Origin: Marsupella aquatica
Lineage: Eukaryota > Plantae > Marchantiophyta
Direction: 5' to 3'
Assembly (NCBI GenBank): GCA_973895155.1
Contig: OZ316897.1
Location: 4,372,211-4,436,210, forward strand
DNA length: 64,000 nucleotides
In this document: one piece after another, positions 62,370-64,000 of the stretch
Layout: every line of letters starts with the position of its first letter
Position numbering within the stretch: the first letter of the stretch is position 1
Position numbers and translations under genes: made by a program
The notes under the pieces: generated by a model
What the model was told of the DNA's origin: nothing
Database searches by the model: none
What the model saw: only the letters and a program-made list of their open reading frames with translations

Positions 62370-64000
62370 ATGGCTCGTTTGGTTGATGGCGTCGGGATCG
62401 GCAAGCAATTATGCACATACAAGAGCGTTCTTGAAGTTGCTGTTCTGATCTTCATGGCAACTTGCGCGAGTGTGCCGACGTTGGTTGCACAACCTGGTTT
62501 GTCTATCTCATGCACAATCATTTTTATGAGTTGCAGATGTCAAACTTGTACCATCTTCTTTACGATAGTTTACAATCGAATTGGCACCATTATTATTCGC
62601 ACCATTGACTCAGTTAGCGTAAGGGTGACCTCCATTCGAGATCGAAAATAATTACTCTTGTACTGACCTCATATTCTGGCACGCGCGCAGTCACTAGGAT
62701 TTCTGCATGTGTAGCACAAGACGAATCATTTATACTATCGTTATTGCGGACCAATTGTAGAGGCTTCAATAGTATTACTTGGAATCAGGCCTGATTGGCA
62801 TGATTGTCGGTACATTGCTTTGCGCTCTCGTAGCTTATGATCGGAGCGTTAGTACCATCAAATACTGAGGCAAGAGCAAATTAAACCGCTACTGTAACCA
62901 ACAGCGAGAGGTGCTCGCCGTCGCTTGCAGCATGAGTATGTAGAAGTTGATGCAGGGAATAAACTAACATACATAAAACCGTGAAATCGTGATCGAAATG
63001 CTATTTTAAAATCTTTTGTGTACTCAATCGAATTGAATGTGCAGATTTAGGATTTCTGAGCCTCGACTGCGGTGCTCAGACCAAGTACACCGATAACCAC
63101 ACACTGCAATGGGAAACCGACGAGGGCTACATTAATACAGGGAACAGCGTTCAACTGCCTTCTTATCCAGGTGACCAGAGGGCCCTGGGAAGTTTTAGAT
63201 ATTTTCCAGGAATGCGAAGTAAATATTGCTACGACCTACCTACTGTATCTTTGAGTTACTTGGTGCGTGCCAGTTTCTACATGGATGAGTCCGAGTTTAC
63301 ACACAGACAACCCTTCGAGTTTATTCTGTCTATAGACGCTACCGACTGGTTTACGGTCACAAGTGGTGCTGATACATCCCAATCTTATCTGCTGGTAGTT
63401 CAAGAGGCCATCTTCAATCCTCCATACATGAATACCAGTTTTTGCCTACGGCCAGTGCCCGGGCGAGGTATGGCTTTTATTTCCTCATTGGAGCTGCGAA
63501 GCCTAGACTCAAACCCGGGCTTGTACTCTTACCGAGCACATTATAGCCAGATTCTAGCCCTCGGAGCAAGGTATAATGCTGGAGCTGCTCCGAGTGTTCT
63601 TGATTTGAGGTAAGTATCAAATCATACGCAGTGTAGACTGAGGCAAGTTGTTTCCAGCACTCAGAAATTGTGGCTAAGACAAAACATGCTTGCTGACTTG
63701 AATTCAGCGTTACAGTATGCCCTAGTCTAGCAAGACACACGTGCTTATGTATGAGACAATACTCTAGTGCGTTCTTTCATAGCTCATCCCCCAAAGTTAA
63801 CAAATGGTCTTCCTAAAGTTGCAATTAGGTGATAGACCTTTGAACTCGATCTTACATGATCATTTGCTTGTGATTCATCGAAATACATGATCAGGTACCC
63901 CGACGATCCATACGATCGAATTTGGACGACCCCTGACGAATCCTTCGCCAACCTCACAAGCATCTCATGTGCGAATCCAAAAGACAACGAACCCGTAACA
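62370..64000 (+). CDS. Malectin-like/LRR receptor-like kinase, paralog 3, 5' part only (exons 62370-62496, 63045-63609, 63895 to beyond the window end)
   Basis: MARLVDGVG...[61 protein letters not shown]. Intron positions match paralogs 1 and 2. Confidence 0.88.

Overview
Eukaryotic, intron-rich land-plant nuclear DNA; a bryophyte-like origin is only an impression. Three housekeeping genes were reconstructed by hand from GT-AG exons: an isochorismatase/nicotinamidase-like hydrolase (minus, 5 exons), complex I subunit B12/NDUFB3 (minus, single-exon CDS) and chloroplast NADP-malate dehydrogenase (plus, 14 exons). From 33 kb onward is a tandem array of at least three paralogous receptor kinases (two complete with 17 exons, one running off the window). 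Their architecture is signal peptide, malectin-like domain, GDPC motif, a CxxC-containing insertion, about 8-9 LRRs, TM, and an RD kinase whose sequence and intron positions look LRR-VIII-2/DUF26-like rather than LRR-I/SYMRK-like. The paralogs show structural change in progress: an in-frame candidate cassette exon born from a partial duplication, a 21-bp coding repeat expansion, and a C-terminal frameshift. Intergenic DNA holds a readable transposon history: two 5'-truncated L1-type LINEs with poly(A) and TSDs, several MITE families with TIRs and TSDs (some nested in the LINE or in a satellite), a probable solo LTR and several minisatellites. No rRNA, tRNA or CRISPR was found. All family assignments come from motif recognition, not database searches.
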